Origin: a bacterium
Lineage (GTDB): Bacteria > Hinthialibacterota > Hinthialibacteria > Hinthialibacterales > Hinthialibacteraceae
Assembly: GCA_963662285.2 (NCBI GenBank)
Contig: CAXXMV010000006.1
Span: 1,600,001 to 1,664,000, forward strand
Direction of reading: 5' to 3'
DNA: 64,000 nt
Position 1 is the first letter of the stretch. Each line of letters opens with the position of its first letter. A program made the position numbers and the translations under genes. The notes below the pieces were generated by a model. That model had not been told where the DNA came from. It made no database searches and worked only from the letters and a program-made list of their open reading frames with translations. This document shows, in pieces, positions 10,901-20,875 of the stretch.

Positions 10901-10998
10901 CGTTGATGGTGGTTGTGGATAAAGAGAGAAAAGTAATCTCGGTGTCGAGCCCCGATAAAGTTTCTGAGGAGACCATCAATAAATTGTTGGAGAAATAA
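7891..10998 (+). CDS. BlaR1-like M56 metallopeptidase sensor fused to leucine-rich repeats and a C-terminal thioredoxin-fold domain
   Basis: TM helices, HEMAHIKRND zinc motif, FHPLFW, EQAADD; ~24-aa LRRs (L..L.L.NT.ITD.GL); GKVVVFVFWATW redoxin-like end. Confidence 0.88.
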   Translation: MMITNILELLDQTGYQAFSILLGFTWQMTVLIAAAIVLTFVLRNHRASIRRVIWISAILLIPFLPLLSTLVSNVGIPQTPVVTVQSYNMAAPASITETIEETMVDLHEKEASGAVSTNIVTGQKTQPFSMLDYPWALGFMAYILGSMGFLALAVLGHIRIARWIYSAVPTTDVKLKLHVEEAKSLMGISRKCTVLESDCVSSPIVVGVFLPQIIFPRQLITALSTDEIRSILHHEMAHIKRNDPAILSCVSLFSVFFYFHPLFWYAYRRISSLSEQAADDMVLDLENQPLGYAKLLSRLAEDNSPGKLSTNFVTGFCLSQHVFIKRIEAILSRQRSKMRKLTGAALSAILISMMAAIMFVVIFPSHQELAIAQTAPASESGQDASKQEERVLVFPDNSYMGYLRIKNGNQFSHGAATGKVIVSASAIVTLEIEDPLNPKEEDLQLLLTSLKSLKHDDLHTIRIETKLFSEEDLQYIEGLTSLRSLSVNQRGRHPLSINGSGLKYLKGMKSLTKFEWKNFKINDEALIYLKPLKSLEILSFYGTPVGDEGIKHIASLENLSDINLLNTNVTDIGLSYLGKLKKLKRLSLPATTTARGLSYLSGMEQLEYLQLNTRLQDAGLSHLSNLPKLKTLILTDNTLVSDKGLENLSEFTSLESIDINSDNITGECLKHLQSLPALKRVDLDLSMMNDEGMKYLRGLPINRLHLSNSDITDQGLASVNEIYSLVGIVLDNTAITDDGLKYLSGLLDIQYISLDNTKITDKGLVYLTDLYRLGELGVSGTEVSDKGLEYFKDFQTIRSLDLGNTKITDEGLAHITEFPRLHQLTLSQTKISDKSFVHLKKMKSLNYLSVEDTEMSYRRVERLRPYLPYCRIYSNAKKNPPTKKSSAQPDAIAPEIEIGEFMQASHTAMASWEALQGKVVVFVFWATWNSASVEAIPHINDLAEKMADKPVQFIMVALENESYKKVEIIKDFLEKNKVIPWVALDSDRIMYDQYVEMSGVSGLPLMVVVDKERKVISVSSPDKVSEETINKLLEK

Positions 10999-11015
10999 AC
11001 TGAATAATTATTTTT

Positions 11016-11107
11016 GTAGGGTGAGCTAAAAGCCGCGAAGCGGCGTAGCCCACCTTAGCCATCTATGTATCATGGTGGGCTACGCTGGCGCTTTTAGCCC
11101 ACCCTAC
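11016..11107. repeat. GTAG-type REP doublet, family A
   Basis: GTAGGGTGAGCTAAAAGC...GTAGCCCACC...GGTGGGCTAC...GCTTTTAGCCCACCCTAC, between convergent genes. Confidence 0.85.
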
Positions 11108-11130
11108 TTCAAAATCCTGATCAAAATCCC

Positions 11131-12138
11131 TTAAAAATCCTCGAATGGCGAGAAGAGTACGCTGACCGATTCGCCGTTATGGATGCGGCGGATGGCTTTG
11201 GCGAATAACTTTCCAACCGATAGTACTTTTATTTTTTCATTTAATTTGTCACCCTCAACCGGGATGGTGTTGGTAACAACCAACTCGCTGATGCAGGAAT
11301 TTTTGATACGCTCGACCGCATCGCCGCATAGCACCGGATGAATGACTCCAGCGCGAATATCGGTGATGCCTTGATCCTTGAGAATCTCAGCGGCGGTTAT
11401 TAATGATCCGGCGGTTGAAACTTCGTCATCAAAAATGATAGCTCGTTTGCCTTTGACGTCACCGATAATGCGTTTGGCGACAGCCTTGTCGTCGTTGCCC
11501 ACCCGGCGTTTATCTACGATAGCCAGGGGAAGATTGAGCAGGCGGGCGTATTTTTCCGCGCGTTTGGCGCTGCCCGCGTCAGGCGCGATTACGACGGTAT
11601 CTTCTAAATCGGTGGATTTGAAATAATCAATTATTACGGGAGTAGCGAGGAGATGGTCAGCGGGGATGCGAAAGAAACCCTGAACCTGAAATGAGTGCAG
11701 GTTCATGACAAGCGCCCGGTCGGCGCCTGCAATTTCGATCAAATCCACCATGAGCCGTGCGGCGATGGAGATGCGCGGCTGGTCTTTTTTGTCTGAACGT
11801 ACATAGGGAAAGTAGGGCATTACTGCTGTGATTCGCGCAGCCGATGCATGTTTCAGCGCATCAATCATAAGCAGCATTTCTATAATACGGGTGTGTACCG
11901 GAGAATCAGAGGTCTGAATCACAAAGACGTCGCACTCACGAACGTTTTCGCCGATTTTGGCAAATAGGTTTTCGTTCTTGAACTCTATAATCTCTGATTT
12001 TCCCAGGGGAATATCCAGGTGTCCACATATTTCCTCAGCCAGGGGGAGATTGGAAAGCCCTGAAAAAACTTTTAACGCCCTTCCGTTATTCTGCACGTTT
12101 AATTTCCTCTCTGTTGGTGTACTTCCATTTGACGGCAT
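11131..12138 (-). CDS. prs: Ribose-phosphate pyrophosphokinase
   Basis: ITAVMPYFPYVRSDKK, APDAGSAKRA, IIFDDEVSTAGS, VVTNTIP. Confidence 0.96.
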   Translation of the reverse strand: MPSNGSTPTERKLNVQNNGRALKVFSGLSNLPLAEEICGHLDIPLGKSEIIEFKNENLFAKIGENVRECDVFVIQTSDSPVHTRIIEMLLMIDALKHASAARITAVMPYFPYVRSDKKDQPRISIAARLMVDLIEIAGADRALVMNLHSFQVQGFFRIPADHLLATPVIIDYFKSTDLEDTVVIAPDAGSAKRAEKYARLLNLPLAIVDKRRVGNDDKAVAKRIIGDVKGKRAIIFDDEVSTAGSLITAAEILKDQGITDIRAGVIHPVLCGDAVERIKNSCISELVVTNTIPVEGDKLNEKIKVLSVGKLFAKAIRRIHNGESVSVLFSPFEDF

Positions 12139-12248
12139 GTATTTTACTCAGCATCACATAGATTTCCAGCAAAACAAGATTCCAGCAAAAGCGAATCAAG
12201 GATCAATGATCAGTTTTCAATATTGTTTGCATGGATTGAACCATATTA

Positions 12249-13436
12249 TTAATGTTCTTGCAGTTTTTCAAAAGCCGCACGGGCCACAATTAATTCTTCG
12301 TTAGTTGGAACAACCCATACAGAGGTGGAATCATTTGGTTTAGAGATATCTATTTCCTTAGCGCAGCATGAATTATTCTTCTCAAAGTCTATCTGGATGC
12401 CTAGATGTTCCAATCCCTGGCAGATTTCCTGACGAACCCGGGGGCCTCTTTCTCCAATTCCCCCAGCGAAGGCCACTACATCCGGTATTCCCATAACCGC
12501 GATATATGAACCGATGTATTTTTTGACATGATAACAGAATGATTTGAAGGCCAATTCGGCTTCGGCTGAGCCTTGATCAATGGCGTTTTCTATATCGCGC
12601 ATATCTTCCAAACCGCCGGAGAGTCCTTTTAGACCGCTCTCTTTAGTCAGCATTTTTACCATATCGTCTATCGAATAACCTTCTTCTCTCATGAGAAAGA
12701 GCACTACGAAGGGATCAAGGTCTCCGATGCGAGAAGCATGGAAAACGCCGGTCTGAGGGGTGAATCCCATTGAGGTGTCAATCGATTTTCCACCGGAGAT
12801 GGCGCAGATAGAAGAACTGCCTCCCAGGTGGCATGATATTATGTTAAGCCCCTCTTTGGACTTATTAATAAGTTGAGGAACGCGTTCTGAAACATAGCGG
12901 TGAGACGCCCCGTGGAAGCCATAGCGTTGAATCGCGTGTTTTTCGCGCCATTCTTTGGGGATAGGATAGACGCGGGCGTAATCTGGAACCGTAAGATGAA
13001 AGGCAGGTTCAAATAATCCGATCAGAGGCGTATCGGGCAGCAGTTCGTGGAATAGTTTAATGGCTTTGATGTATGGCGGGTTATGAGCGGGCGCCAGAAA
13101 TACATAATCATCCATGGCTTGCAGGACATCATCAGTGAGCATCTCGCATCCGACGCATCCTTTAGCGATGACGGTCTTGAAGGCGATGCAGTCTAATTGG
13201 TCAAGATTATCGATCACGCCTTCCTGCAACTGTTCTAGAATGAATTCAATAGCTTTTTTATGGCTGGAAAATGATTGTTGCATCTCTCCGGCGTTGCCGT
13301 TATGATCCCATGAGGCGGAACCAGTATCCTCTCCGATTCGTTCTACCCGACCAGTAGCCAGAAGACGTTCTTCGGGGAATTCGTATAGCCGGTATTTCAG
13401 GGAAGTGCTGCCGACATTGGTGACGAGAATGCGCAT
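12249..13436 (-). CDS. ackA: Acetate/propionate kinase
   Basis: Likely start ATG 13436 (MRILVTNVGSTSLKY); APAHNP, RYGFHGASH, HLGGSSS, DTSMGFTP, VVPTNEELIVA. Confidence 0.92.
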   Translation of the reverse strand: MRILVTNVGSTSLKYRLYEFPEERLLATGRVERIGEDTGSASWDHNGNAGEMQQSFSSHKKAIEFILEQLQEGVIDNLDQLDCIAFKTVIAKGCVGCEMLTDDVLQAMDDYVFLAPAHNPPYIKAIKLFHELLPDTPLIGLFEPAFHLTVPDYARVYPIPKEWREKHAIQRYGFHGASHRYVSERVPQLINKSKEGLNIISCHLGGSSSICAISGGKSIDTSMGFTPQTGVFHASRIGDLDPFVVLFLMREEGYSIDDMVKMLTKESGLKGLSGGLEDMRDIENAIDQGSAEAELAFKSFCYHVKKYIGSYIAVMGIPDVVAFAGGIGERGPRVRQEICQGLEHLGIQIDFEKNNSCCAKEIDISKPNDSTSVWVVPTNEELIVARAAFEKLQEH

Positions 13437-13596
13437 GAAAAAAACTCCAATAAAAAATACAAGGCTTGGTTGATGAGTGTTGATCAATTGTTCGGCGCAA
13501 CTAGGATATAGGAGCGCGCCTGACAATCGCTCGATTATTTATTTTAACATGATATATGACATTGGTCACGATGAGTGCGGATAGAATAGTAAAATT

Positions 13597-14064
13597 ATGC
13601 ATGCAAACAATTCAAATAGTCATGATGATGCACCATCCGGCGTATCGATTCTACGTTCACCTATTGCAATCGGGGCGGCGATTGTCGGATTGGTGGATGC
13701 TTTTGTGTGGGGGCTTAAATATGAAGTGGAGAGGATCGCACAGAGTAATCCACTGGGTACTTATGAACTTAGCTATTATCTCGGACTTACCTCAAATGCG
13801 CTGCTGGCCTTGTTTTTAGTATTAACTTCCGCAGTTATATTGTGTAATGGATACAAGAAAATGCAGTGGTCTTCACTTGAGCAAAATATCTTCTATTTAG
13901 GATTGCTTCTCGGGATTGTATATTTAATGAGCGGTTTCGAGTATCTGTTCTGGATGGATTGGCAATATATTAATCCCGTTCCGTTTATTATGGTCAAGAG
14001 CGCATTTATTGGATTGGCGGTAGTTTTTCTTATCAGAATGCTGAAAATTCCCTGGCTGAAGTAG
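13597..14064 (+). CDS. Hypothetical membrane protein (~4 TM)
   Basis: 155-aa ORF with four hydrophobic segments; no family recognised. Confidence 0.6.
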   Translation: MHANNSNSHDDAPSGVSILRSPIAIGAAIVGLVDAFVWGLKYEVERIAQSNPLGTYELSYYLGLTSNALLALFLVLTSAVILCNGYKKMQWSSLEQNIFYLGLLLGIVYLMSGFEYLFWMDWQYINPVPFIMVKSAFIGLAVVFLIRMLKIPWLK

Positions 14065-14278
14065 TGTTGAAGCGTAATCGCTCAAAATAGTCTTCCTCAC
14101 TTTCCAATATCAACTTTATCAAAAATATCTAAAATCTTCAGATATCATCTGTTATCACACAAAACACACACAATCAATTGAATTGCTTAAAAATGAATAA
14201 TTATATTGACAACTCGATTGTTATTATGAAAGAATATTACTAGCCATAATATTTTCATTATTTTTTGGGAGGTTTAGT

Positions 14279-15703
14279 ATGTGTAGAAAATGGTTTGCAA
14301 CAGTTTTATGCGTATCGTTATTCTTTTTTTGCGGTGGTTTTGCCGGAGCAGATGTAGTCGGGTATTTCACCTTTGATAACATAAAGGGTGATTCATTCAG
14401 CGATGTATCCGGCAACGGTCTGATCGGTACTCTAGGTCTGGCCGCAGGTGCAGGCGCTCCTGCATCGGTTCCGGGACCATCCGGCGCAGACGGCGATACA
14501 GCGGTGGAGATACCGCGCGGCGAAGGAATGGTGGTCGATGACAGCAGTTTTATGTTATTTGAATTCTATGCGCCGCGTACTATAGAAATGTGGGTTAAAT
14601 CGGCTGGTTTTGAGTTCACCGAATCTTTTGCCGCATTAGTAAGTTATGGCATTGGAAGTGGTTATCGCGTTCAGCTGGCAAATACCGGGAACATCGTTTA
14701 CTCATTACCAGGGGCGCAGGATTACGATAGCGGCGTTCAATTTCCATTTGATGATCAATGGCATCATCTGGCGGTAGTTGATGATTACGATAGCAACGAA
14801 GTCCGGATCTATCTTGATGGAGAAGTGGTTTTTTCCGTTACGGATATTGCCGACAATATCTTTGCTGATACTCCGGTGCTCTTTATCGGACGCACCGGCA
14901 CCACTCCGAATTACATCGCTTTCGAAGGATCCATAGATCGACTGCGCATCTCGGATGCAGTACTTTCGGTTGATGAATTAGATAAAGATGCCGCATCACC
15001 CAAGCCGACTACGGATAATACTCTGGCTTTGTTTGATTTTAACGAAGGAGCCGTCCCGTATGTCAGTCAAGGCGCTGAAACCACCATTGCGGTTACATTG
15101 AAAGATTATACATCCGGAAACGCTGGCGCTCCTGAAGTAGTAGCCGATTCACCATCGGGCGGGGCCAATGATTTCAGTCTTTATTTCGAGGGTGGAGCTC
15201 AAGCGAGCGTGGCTGATCCCAATAGAATTATGGATGTTGGCGGCCCTGGTAATGATTGGACTTTTGAGTCATGGGTCAAATATCCTGACGGCAATTTTTC
15301 GGGTCGGCAAGTTATCGTATATTACGGTCCTGGAGGCATTTCCTTCTCACTATCAGGAACCAATCCGAGAATGGTTTTCGTTACTACTCTGCGTATCGCT
15401 GATTTCAGTTCCACATCAGCTGTTGTGACGCCGGATGAATGGCATCATGTGGCTTGCGTCCATAAGGATGGAGTATCTCTATCTTTCTTTGTAGACGGAG
15501 AATTGATTGAAGAAGACGCCTATACCAGTGGATCAAGATTGACCGATGTACCAAGTTTGCACATCGGCAGCGAACCCAACGGTGTGCTTCCCTTAAACGG
15601 TTGGCTGGATCGTATTCGCATCAGCAACGAAGCATTGACTGCTGATCAACTCGATTCTAATGCCACTCAACCAACCAACGTTTATGATTGGTCGCTCTAT
15701 TAA
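14279..15703 (+). CDS. Secreted protein with two LamG/concanavalin-like domains; C-terminal DW motif
   Basis: RBS GGAGG, signal peptide, repeated T.E.WVK / WHHLAVV / G.IDRLRIS motifs; ends TNVYDWSLY. Confidence 0.85.
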   Translation: MCRKWFATVLCVSLFFFCGGFAGADVVGYFTFDNIKGDSFSDVSGNGLIGTLGLAAGAGAPASVPGPSGADGDTAVEIPRGEGMVVDDSSFMLFEFYAPRTIEMWVKSAGFEFTESFAALVSYGIGSGYRVQLANTGNIVYSLPGAQDYDSGVQFPFDDQWHHLAVVDDYDSNEVRIYLDGEVVFSVTDIADNIFADTPVLFIGRTGTTPNYIAFEGSIDRLRISDAVLSVDELDKDAASPKPTTDNTLALFDFNEGAVPYVSQGAETTIAVTLKDYTSGNAGAPEVVADSPSGGANDFSLYFEGGAQASVADPNRIMDVGGPGNDWTFESWVKYPDGNFSGRQVIVYYGPGGISFSLSGTNPRMVFVTTLRIADFSSTSAVVTPDEWHHVACVHKDGVSLSFFVDGELIEEDAYTSGSRLTDVPSLHIGSEPNGVLPLNGWLDRIRISNEALTADQLDSNATQPTNVYDWSLY

Positions 15704-15734
15704 TAGTGTTGTAATTTATATTGAAATATGTTAC

Positions 15735-15773
15735 AAAAGGATGGGGCTTGTATAATTGCTCCATCCTTTTTTT
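15735..15773 (+). terminator. Intrinsic terminator
   Basis: AAAAGGATGGGGC...GCTCCATCCTTTTTTT hairpin plus U-tract after the LamG gene. Confidence 0.75.
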
Positions 15774-15847
15774 GTGAGTAAAACAATTCTTGCATGATTT
15801 GGGCGGTAGTTCCCGTTTCGCAGATTTTACCTAAAGGAGATTTTATT

Positions 15848-17047
15848 ATGGATAGTGAGCATCCAACCAGTATAGCCCGGCGCAAATTTATTGGCGGAGC
15901 TGCCAAATCAGCGGCGGGCATCGGCGTTTTCTCTATTATAAAACCTGAGCATGCATTCTCATCAGCGGCAAATTCCAAGGTGCAGTTGGGCATTATCGGG
16001 ACCGGCGGTCGTGGAACCTTTGATGGCCGAAATCTATTCAAAACTGGCAAAGTGAAAATATATGCTTTAGCGGATTATTTTGACTTTCAAATGAAAGAAC
16101 CGGCTCATTTATTTGAGGTGGACTCAAAACAATGCTTTGACGGTATTGATGGATACAAAGAAGTGCTGGCGCTTGATGAAATTGATGCTGTGTTGCTGAC
16201 CACGGCTCCATATTTCCGACCAATACAATTTAAGGCGGCCATTGAAGCCAATAAACACGTTTTCGCCGAAAAGCCCATCGCGGTTGATCCCTGGGGATGC
16301 CATACCTTCCTGGCTGCTGGAGAGAAAGCCAAGAGAAATAACCTCACGGTTGGCGTTGGATTGCAGACGCGCGATCAACCTTATTATCAGAAACTGGCGG
16401 ACGCCATTCAGAATGGGGCTATCGGACGACCACTGGTCGGGCATTCCACCCGTATTAGCGACGATTTATGGCGGCGTGAACGTCCCGCCCACTTCACCGA
16501 ACGCGACCACCAGATACGGCATTGGTTATATTATCTGTGGGCTTCGGGAGATTTCATAAATGAAATGCATATTCATAACCTGGATGTCTTTAACTGGTTC
16601 ACGAATCTACTGCCCGTCAGCGCTTATGGCAGGGGAGGGCGCGACGTTCGTCTGGATGTGGGTGATATCTACGATAATATCGAAGTGCTCTACGAATATC
16701 CCAACGGCTTCAACCTGACCCACACCGGAACTCAAATCAGCAATGGTCTTTATAATTCTGTTAAACACATTATCGGAACGGATGGCTATTTTGATTTGAG
16801 CAAAGGTCTGGTAAGTAAAAAGGCCAAAGTTGATAAAGAAGATGGCGCCATAACCGAAGCGACAGTCATCGAAATGGAGAACTTCGTTTCCAGCGTCTTG
16901 GGCGAAAGACCTACTATAAACAACTCAGGATATGTAACTACCAGCACTTTCACCTGTATCCTGGGACGCACCGCAGCTTATGAACAACGGCGCGTCACCT
17001 GGAAGGAACTGTGGGATTCCAAACAAAAAATAGAGATGCCGGTTTAG
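15848..17047 (+). CDS. Tat-exported Gfo/Idh/MocA oxidoreductase
   Basis: RBS AAGGAG before ATG 15848; ARRKFIGG twin-arginine; IIGTGGRG, HVFAEKPI. Confidence 0.9.
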   Translation: MDSEHPTSIARRKFIGGAAKSAAGIGVFSIIKPEHAFSSAANSKVQLGIIGTGGRGTFDGRNLFKTGKVKIYALADYFDFQMKEPAHLFEVDSKQCFDGIDGYKEVLALDEIDAVLLTTAPYFRPIQFKAAIEANKHVFAEKPIAVDPWGCHTFLAAGEKAKRNNLTVGVGLQTRDQPYYQKLADAIQNGAIGRPLVGHSTRISDDLWRRERPAHFTERDHQIRHWLYYLWASGDFINEMHIHNLDVFNWFTNLLPVSAYGRGGRDVRLDVGDIYDNIEVLYEYPNGFNLTHTGTQISNGLYNSVKHIIGTDGYFDLSKGLVSKKAKVDKEDGAITEATVIEMENFVSSVLGERPTINNSGYVTTSTFTCILGRTAAYEQRRVTWKELWDSKQKIEMPV

Positions 17048-17080
17048 TTATCTCTTTGCTTGATAGTATAAATATATAAG

Positions 17081-17127
17081 AAAAAGCGCTGTTTATATCA
17101 GTATGCCTGGTATAAACAGCGTTTTTT
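17081..17127 (+). terminator. Intrinsic terminator
   Basis: AAAAAGCGCTGTTTATATCAG...CTGGTATAAACAGCGTTTTTT. Confidence 0.8.
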
Positions 17128-17309
17128 AGTCTTAAGAGGTTTACTATTATTTATATAATGACGAAAGTATGATTTATTGATATTATTATAGCGACTTGAT
17201 AATATCATATTATATGATTTATAAGAGTAAAGTTACTTTACTTGACGTCTGTCATCTGTGATTTTACAATTACTTCTGTCTTTGGATAGATACAATCAAG
17301 AATGATGAG

Positions 17310-18977
17310 GTGAATATGTATATATTTCGTTCTATTTTTATGATTATCTGTTTTGCGCTTATTGCTTTTACTGTTCCTTTTAATGGATATGCTCAGGAAA
17401 CTGGTGAGATTGCTGCTGCGACTGATATTGTATCAGTAACAGACATACCTGCCGATAACGGTTATATTAATGCCTGGGAATCTTTCAGTTATCCTCTGGA
17501 TTTATTTCGGGTCAAACCATATGACGCTGGCGACTCGATCAATGGCGGTACTGGCGGAATTAATATCACTGATGTAAATGGTGAGGGTGGTTGGACCTCA
17601 GCCTGGATCTTAGAAGCAACTAGTTATAAAGCCGAACTGAGCGAAACGCAAGTCGATACCGGGCGCATTATGCATCAGGATTCGACGTTCTTTCCGGGCA
17701 GTTTTTCGCTGCAGATTCGCACTCCGGCTATTAACGGCCCAAAACGCAGTTTCACTAACATTACAAAAGGCGACCTCTGGATATCTTTTATATATCAGGA
17801 TACCGGCCCGGTTGAAGATCACGATTCCGGTATGTTTATACTTGATAGGGAAGGGAACAAATTGTTCCTGGTCGGCAAGCCTCGTAATGCAGCCGGACTT
17901 GGCGTCAGCCATCTTGCCGAAGATACCGCCGACCTGGTCGCTGCAGCAACCTATAGCGATCCTCATCACCTGATGGTCAGAATTGTTCTTAACGACCAAC
18001 CAGGAGAGAGCGATGACATCTATATGTGGATCGATCCGGATGAGGATGACCGGATTAATACCTTTGACGCAGGCGGTAAAGACCTGTTTGATGCTGAATC
18101 AATCGGCGGCGTAATGCTGAGCCGCAGGCAGGATGCGGGCAGCGCATTCTTTGATGATATCAATATCGGCAAGATTGCTTCGCTTCCGCCTGAGGGAACT
18201 GTCAGAGTTGATCTGGGCTTTGATCCGGCGTCCACGGTTCGCAATGATGCCAACGTAGTATTGCATGACGTGATATCGGTCGACTCATTCACAGATGGTT
18301 ATACTGGCGAAGGATATGGTCATAACGCCGATCAGGATCATTTCATGGTCGTGCGGGGATACATCTATTATTCCGATATGGGAGAATCTAAAGTTGCGCG
18401 CGGCATACCGGTTGACCGCTTGAGTGGACTTTCTGGATTTTCCATAGCGCCTTTCAATAATTCACTGCAAGATATTGATCCATTCTCTGGAGTGAAAAAT
18501 GCTCTGCGTTTTCATCCTGAATCGGGAACCGCTTCTCAAGTAAATCTTGAGGTTCCAGTAAACAGTTATGGTCAATGCCGCATTCTCACTTCCGGCGATG
18601 GTTATGGTGAATTGCCGGTAGTGTTTGAATACCAGGATGGCAGCACTCAAGAGGCGGTCTTCCGATCTCCTGATTGGCTTGATGACGCCCAGGATGACGG
18701 GCATGGCGGAGTAATTCCTGCTGATATCAATCAAATTAACAATGGTATGAACCGGCTTGATTCTTATTCATTTTTTGAAGGTTCAGACATGATTACCGGT
18801 GAAAATCCGGAACTGGATGATGTAAGTTTCTTCACTGAAAGAGTCAGCCTTGATCTCTCCAAAACGCTTACCTCTATTAAACTAGGACCGTCAAACGGTT
18901 CGGTAGTGAATGTTTACAGTATGCTGCTGGATATGGCTGATGATATAACGCCGGTGGTTGATTGGATGATGTATTAA
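17310..18977 (+). CDS. Secreted acidic beta-rich hypothetical protein; C-terminal DW motif
   Basis: Signal peptide ending GYA-Q; 555-aa ORF; ends TPVVDWMMY. Confidence 0.75.
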   Translation: MNMYIFRSIFMIICFALIAFTVPFNGYAQETGEIAAATDIVSVTDIPADNGYINAWESFSYPLDLFRVKPYDAGDSINGGTGGINITDVNGEGGWTSAWILEATSYKAELSETQVDTGRIMHQDSTFFPGSFSLQIRTPAINGPKRSFTNITKGDLWISFIYQDTGPVEDHDSGMFILDREGNKLFLVGKPRNAAGLGVSHLAEDTADLVAAATYSDPHHLMVRIVLNDQPGESDDIYMWIDPDEDDRINTFDAGGKDLFDAESIGGVMLSRRQDAGSAFFDDINIGKIASLPPEGTVRVDLGFDPASTVRNDANVVLHDVISVDSFTDGYTGEGYGHNADQDHFMVVRGYIYYSDMGESKVARGIPVDRLSGLSGFSIAPFNNSLQDIDPFSGVKNALRFHPESGTASQVNLEVPVNSYGQCRILTSGDGYGELPVVFEYQDGSTQEAVFRSPDWLDDAQDDGHGGVIPADINQINNGMNRLDSYSFFEGSDMITGENPELDDVSFFTERVSLDLSKTLTSIKLGPSNGSVVNVYSMLLDMADDITPVVDWMMY

Positions 18978-19020
18978 GTTATTGTACGTAAGTTTTGTAT
19001 TATCTTGTAATTATGATATT

Positions 19021-19049
19021 AAAGAAGCCCCTTTACCGGGGCTTCTTTT
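19021..19049 (+). terminator. Intrinsic terminator
   Basis: AAAGAAGCCCC TTTACC GGGGCTTCTTTT. Confidence 0.8.
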
Positions 19050-19104
19050 GTACTGATGACAATAGTTCAATTATGTTTTTATGGGATAAAATTAGATTTA
19101 GTAT

Positions 19105-19248
19105 AACAACCCACTCTTGAATTCTCCTCCATCTTGGGGGAGAGGGATTTTGAGGTATAAACAGTTAATTTTTATTAACTTATATAGATAAGATACTGTG
19201 TAATATATTCCTCTCCCAAGATTGGGAGAGGTTAGGAGAGGGTTGATA
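19105..19248. repeat. ~145-bp MITE-like element built from CTCTCCC/GGGAGAG hairpins, family C copy 1
   Basis: Conserved ends shared with 20876-21020; right half identical (reverse complement) to 48487-48526. Confidence 0.8.
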
Positions 19249-19315
19249 ATTATCGCTGAGGTCAAAAAATCCTGGTGATCCTTCTATCCAGAGCATCCAG
19301 ATTCAGACAAAAAAT

Positions 19316-20845
19316 ATGCGTAAAATTATTCGATATATAAGAAATTTAATTCTAACCGGAAGCCTATGCTTGGAATCGGTTTTCCCGGCGTTCTCAGGAG
19401 ATAATCAAGCCATTACCCAGGCGTGGAATCATTACAAAAATAGAGAGTACAAACAGGTTCTAGCGCAATTAGAGCAACCTTTACCTGACAGGATTGATGA
19501 GTGCCAGCGGTTGATTCTCATAGGATTGTCTCAAGTATGGTTGAAGCAATGGGATGGCGCCGCAGATGCATTCTTCCAATCATTCAAAACCCTGACCAAG
19601 CCGCCTCAAATAGACCAATCTTTTCCCAAGGAATTACAGCAGGGCGCCAGATTCGACGAATTCCGTTCCTTACGTTTTCATGCAGATGATATGCGCTATC
19701 TGTGGCGCGTCTTATGGATGGATCGCATTGCCTCCCGCATAACCGCAGATATAGATGATCCCTTCAAAAAAGCCATTGTCATTTTTGATTATGTATACCG
19801 GCATACTCAGTTTGGCGTGTCAAATAAAGTAGAGGATATACGAGACAGGCCTTTTAACGTATTACTCAGGGGCGGGGGATTATGCGAGGAACTGGCGTGG
19901 ATTCTCAATCAAATGCTCCGTTCCGCTGGAATTGAATCACTGCGTCTGGTGCTTTTCTCCGATCAAGCTCGGACTCATAGTCCTCATACTATTTCTCTGG
20001 TCAGCATTGGCGAGCACTGGATTCCGTTTGATGCCGCCTTTGGTCTAGTATTTAAAAAAGTTCGAAGCTCCGAACAAATATTATTTCCTGTTAATTTCCT
20101 GTTGAATCCAACTCCGGAGCAGGTGAAAAAGTTTGGCTCACAGGCCAAACCGATGGATCAATACCTGAAAAGTATCGCGAATTTTTACGAGGATAAATCT
20201 CTGATCGAGGCGTTTCGATATGCTCAACCCGCTTCAGATTATGAGTTGGAAACTCATGCTCCGCGCTTTCAGGTATTGGCGCAATTGCTTGACGATCTAA
20301 TCGATTTACCAATGATGGCTAAACCTTTCCTGACGGTTTCAGCCGCCCGAACTAAGGGTGATTCAACGGAAATAAACAAGTGGGTTCCGGTTCGCATCCC
20401 CTATATTTATGATATGACTCATCAACTAAACGCAGTTCGCCGCCAGCTGGCGCAACAGTTTTTTTCTGATTTAGATCCGTTAGAGCAGGGTAGGTTGGCG
20501 CTGTTGGATGGAGACTATGCTCTGGCTGATAAACTCTTCAAGCAACTGGCGGCTGATTCATCACTAAGCAGCCGCGCCCGTGAAAATGTGGATTACTGGT
20601 CAGCGCTTTGCTCGTTTGAACAGAAGAAGTTCTCCGGCGCCAGGCAAAAACTGGATCAGTTCCAGCAGGATCACCCTGCTTCACGGTGGAGCAATCGCGT
20701 TTTATATCTCATGGCTTTAATGGCTCATGCAGATGGTGATACAGACACAGTTAAAGCGCTATTGGAATCTTGCGGCCAAGCGGGGGATGGGGCTTTATTT
20801 GGGTGGGTGGTAAGTCTGAAGCAAGAAATCAAATATGCAGATTAA
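19316..20845 (+). CDS. Secreted transglutaminase-like (Cys-His-Asp) protein with TPR repeats
   Basis: GGGLCEELAW (Cys), HTISLV (His), WIPFDA (Asp); TPR-like helices at both ends. Confidence 0.75.
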   Translation: MRKIIRYIRNLILTGSLCLESVFPAFSGDNQAITQAWNHYKNREYKQVLAQLEQPLPDRIDECQRLILIGLSQVWLKQWDGAADAFFQSFKTLTKPPQIDQSFPKELQQGARFDEFRSLRFHADDMRYLWRVLWMDRIASRITADIDDPFKKAIVIFDYVYRHTQFGVSNKVEDIRDRPFNVLLRGGGLCEELAWILNQMLRSAGIESLRLVLFSDQARTHSPHTISLVSIGEHWIPFDAAFGLVFKKVRSSEQILFPVNFLLNPTPEQVKKFGSQAKPMDQYLKSIANFYEDKSLIEAFRYAQPASDYELETHAPRFQVLAQLLDDLIDLPMMAKPFLTVSAARTKGDSTEINKWVPVRIPYIYDMTHQLNAVRRQLAQQFFSDLDPLEQGRLALLDGDYALADKLFKQLAADSSLSSRARENVDYWSALCSFEQKKFSGARQKLDQFQQDHPASRWSNRVLYLMALMAHADGDTDTVKALLESCGQAGDGALFGWVVSLKQEIKYAD

Positions 20846-20875
20846 TAATTCAAATTGAAAATAAAAAGTTTTGAA

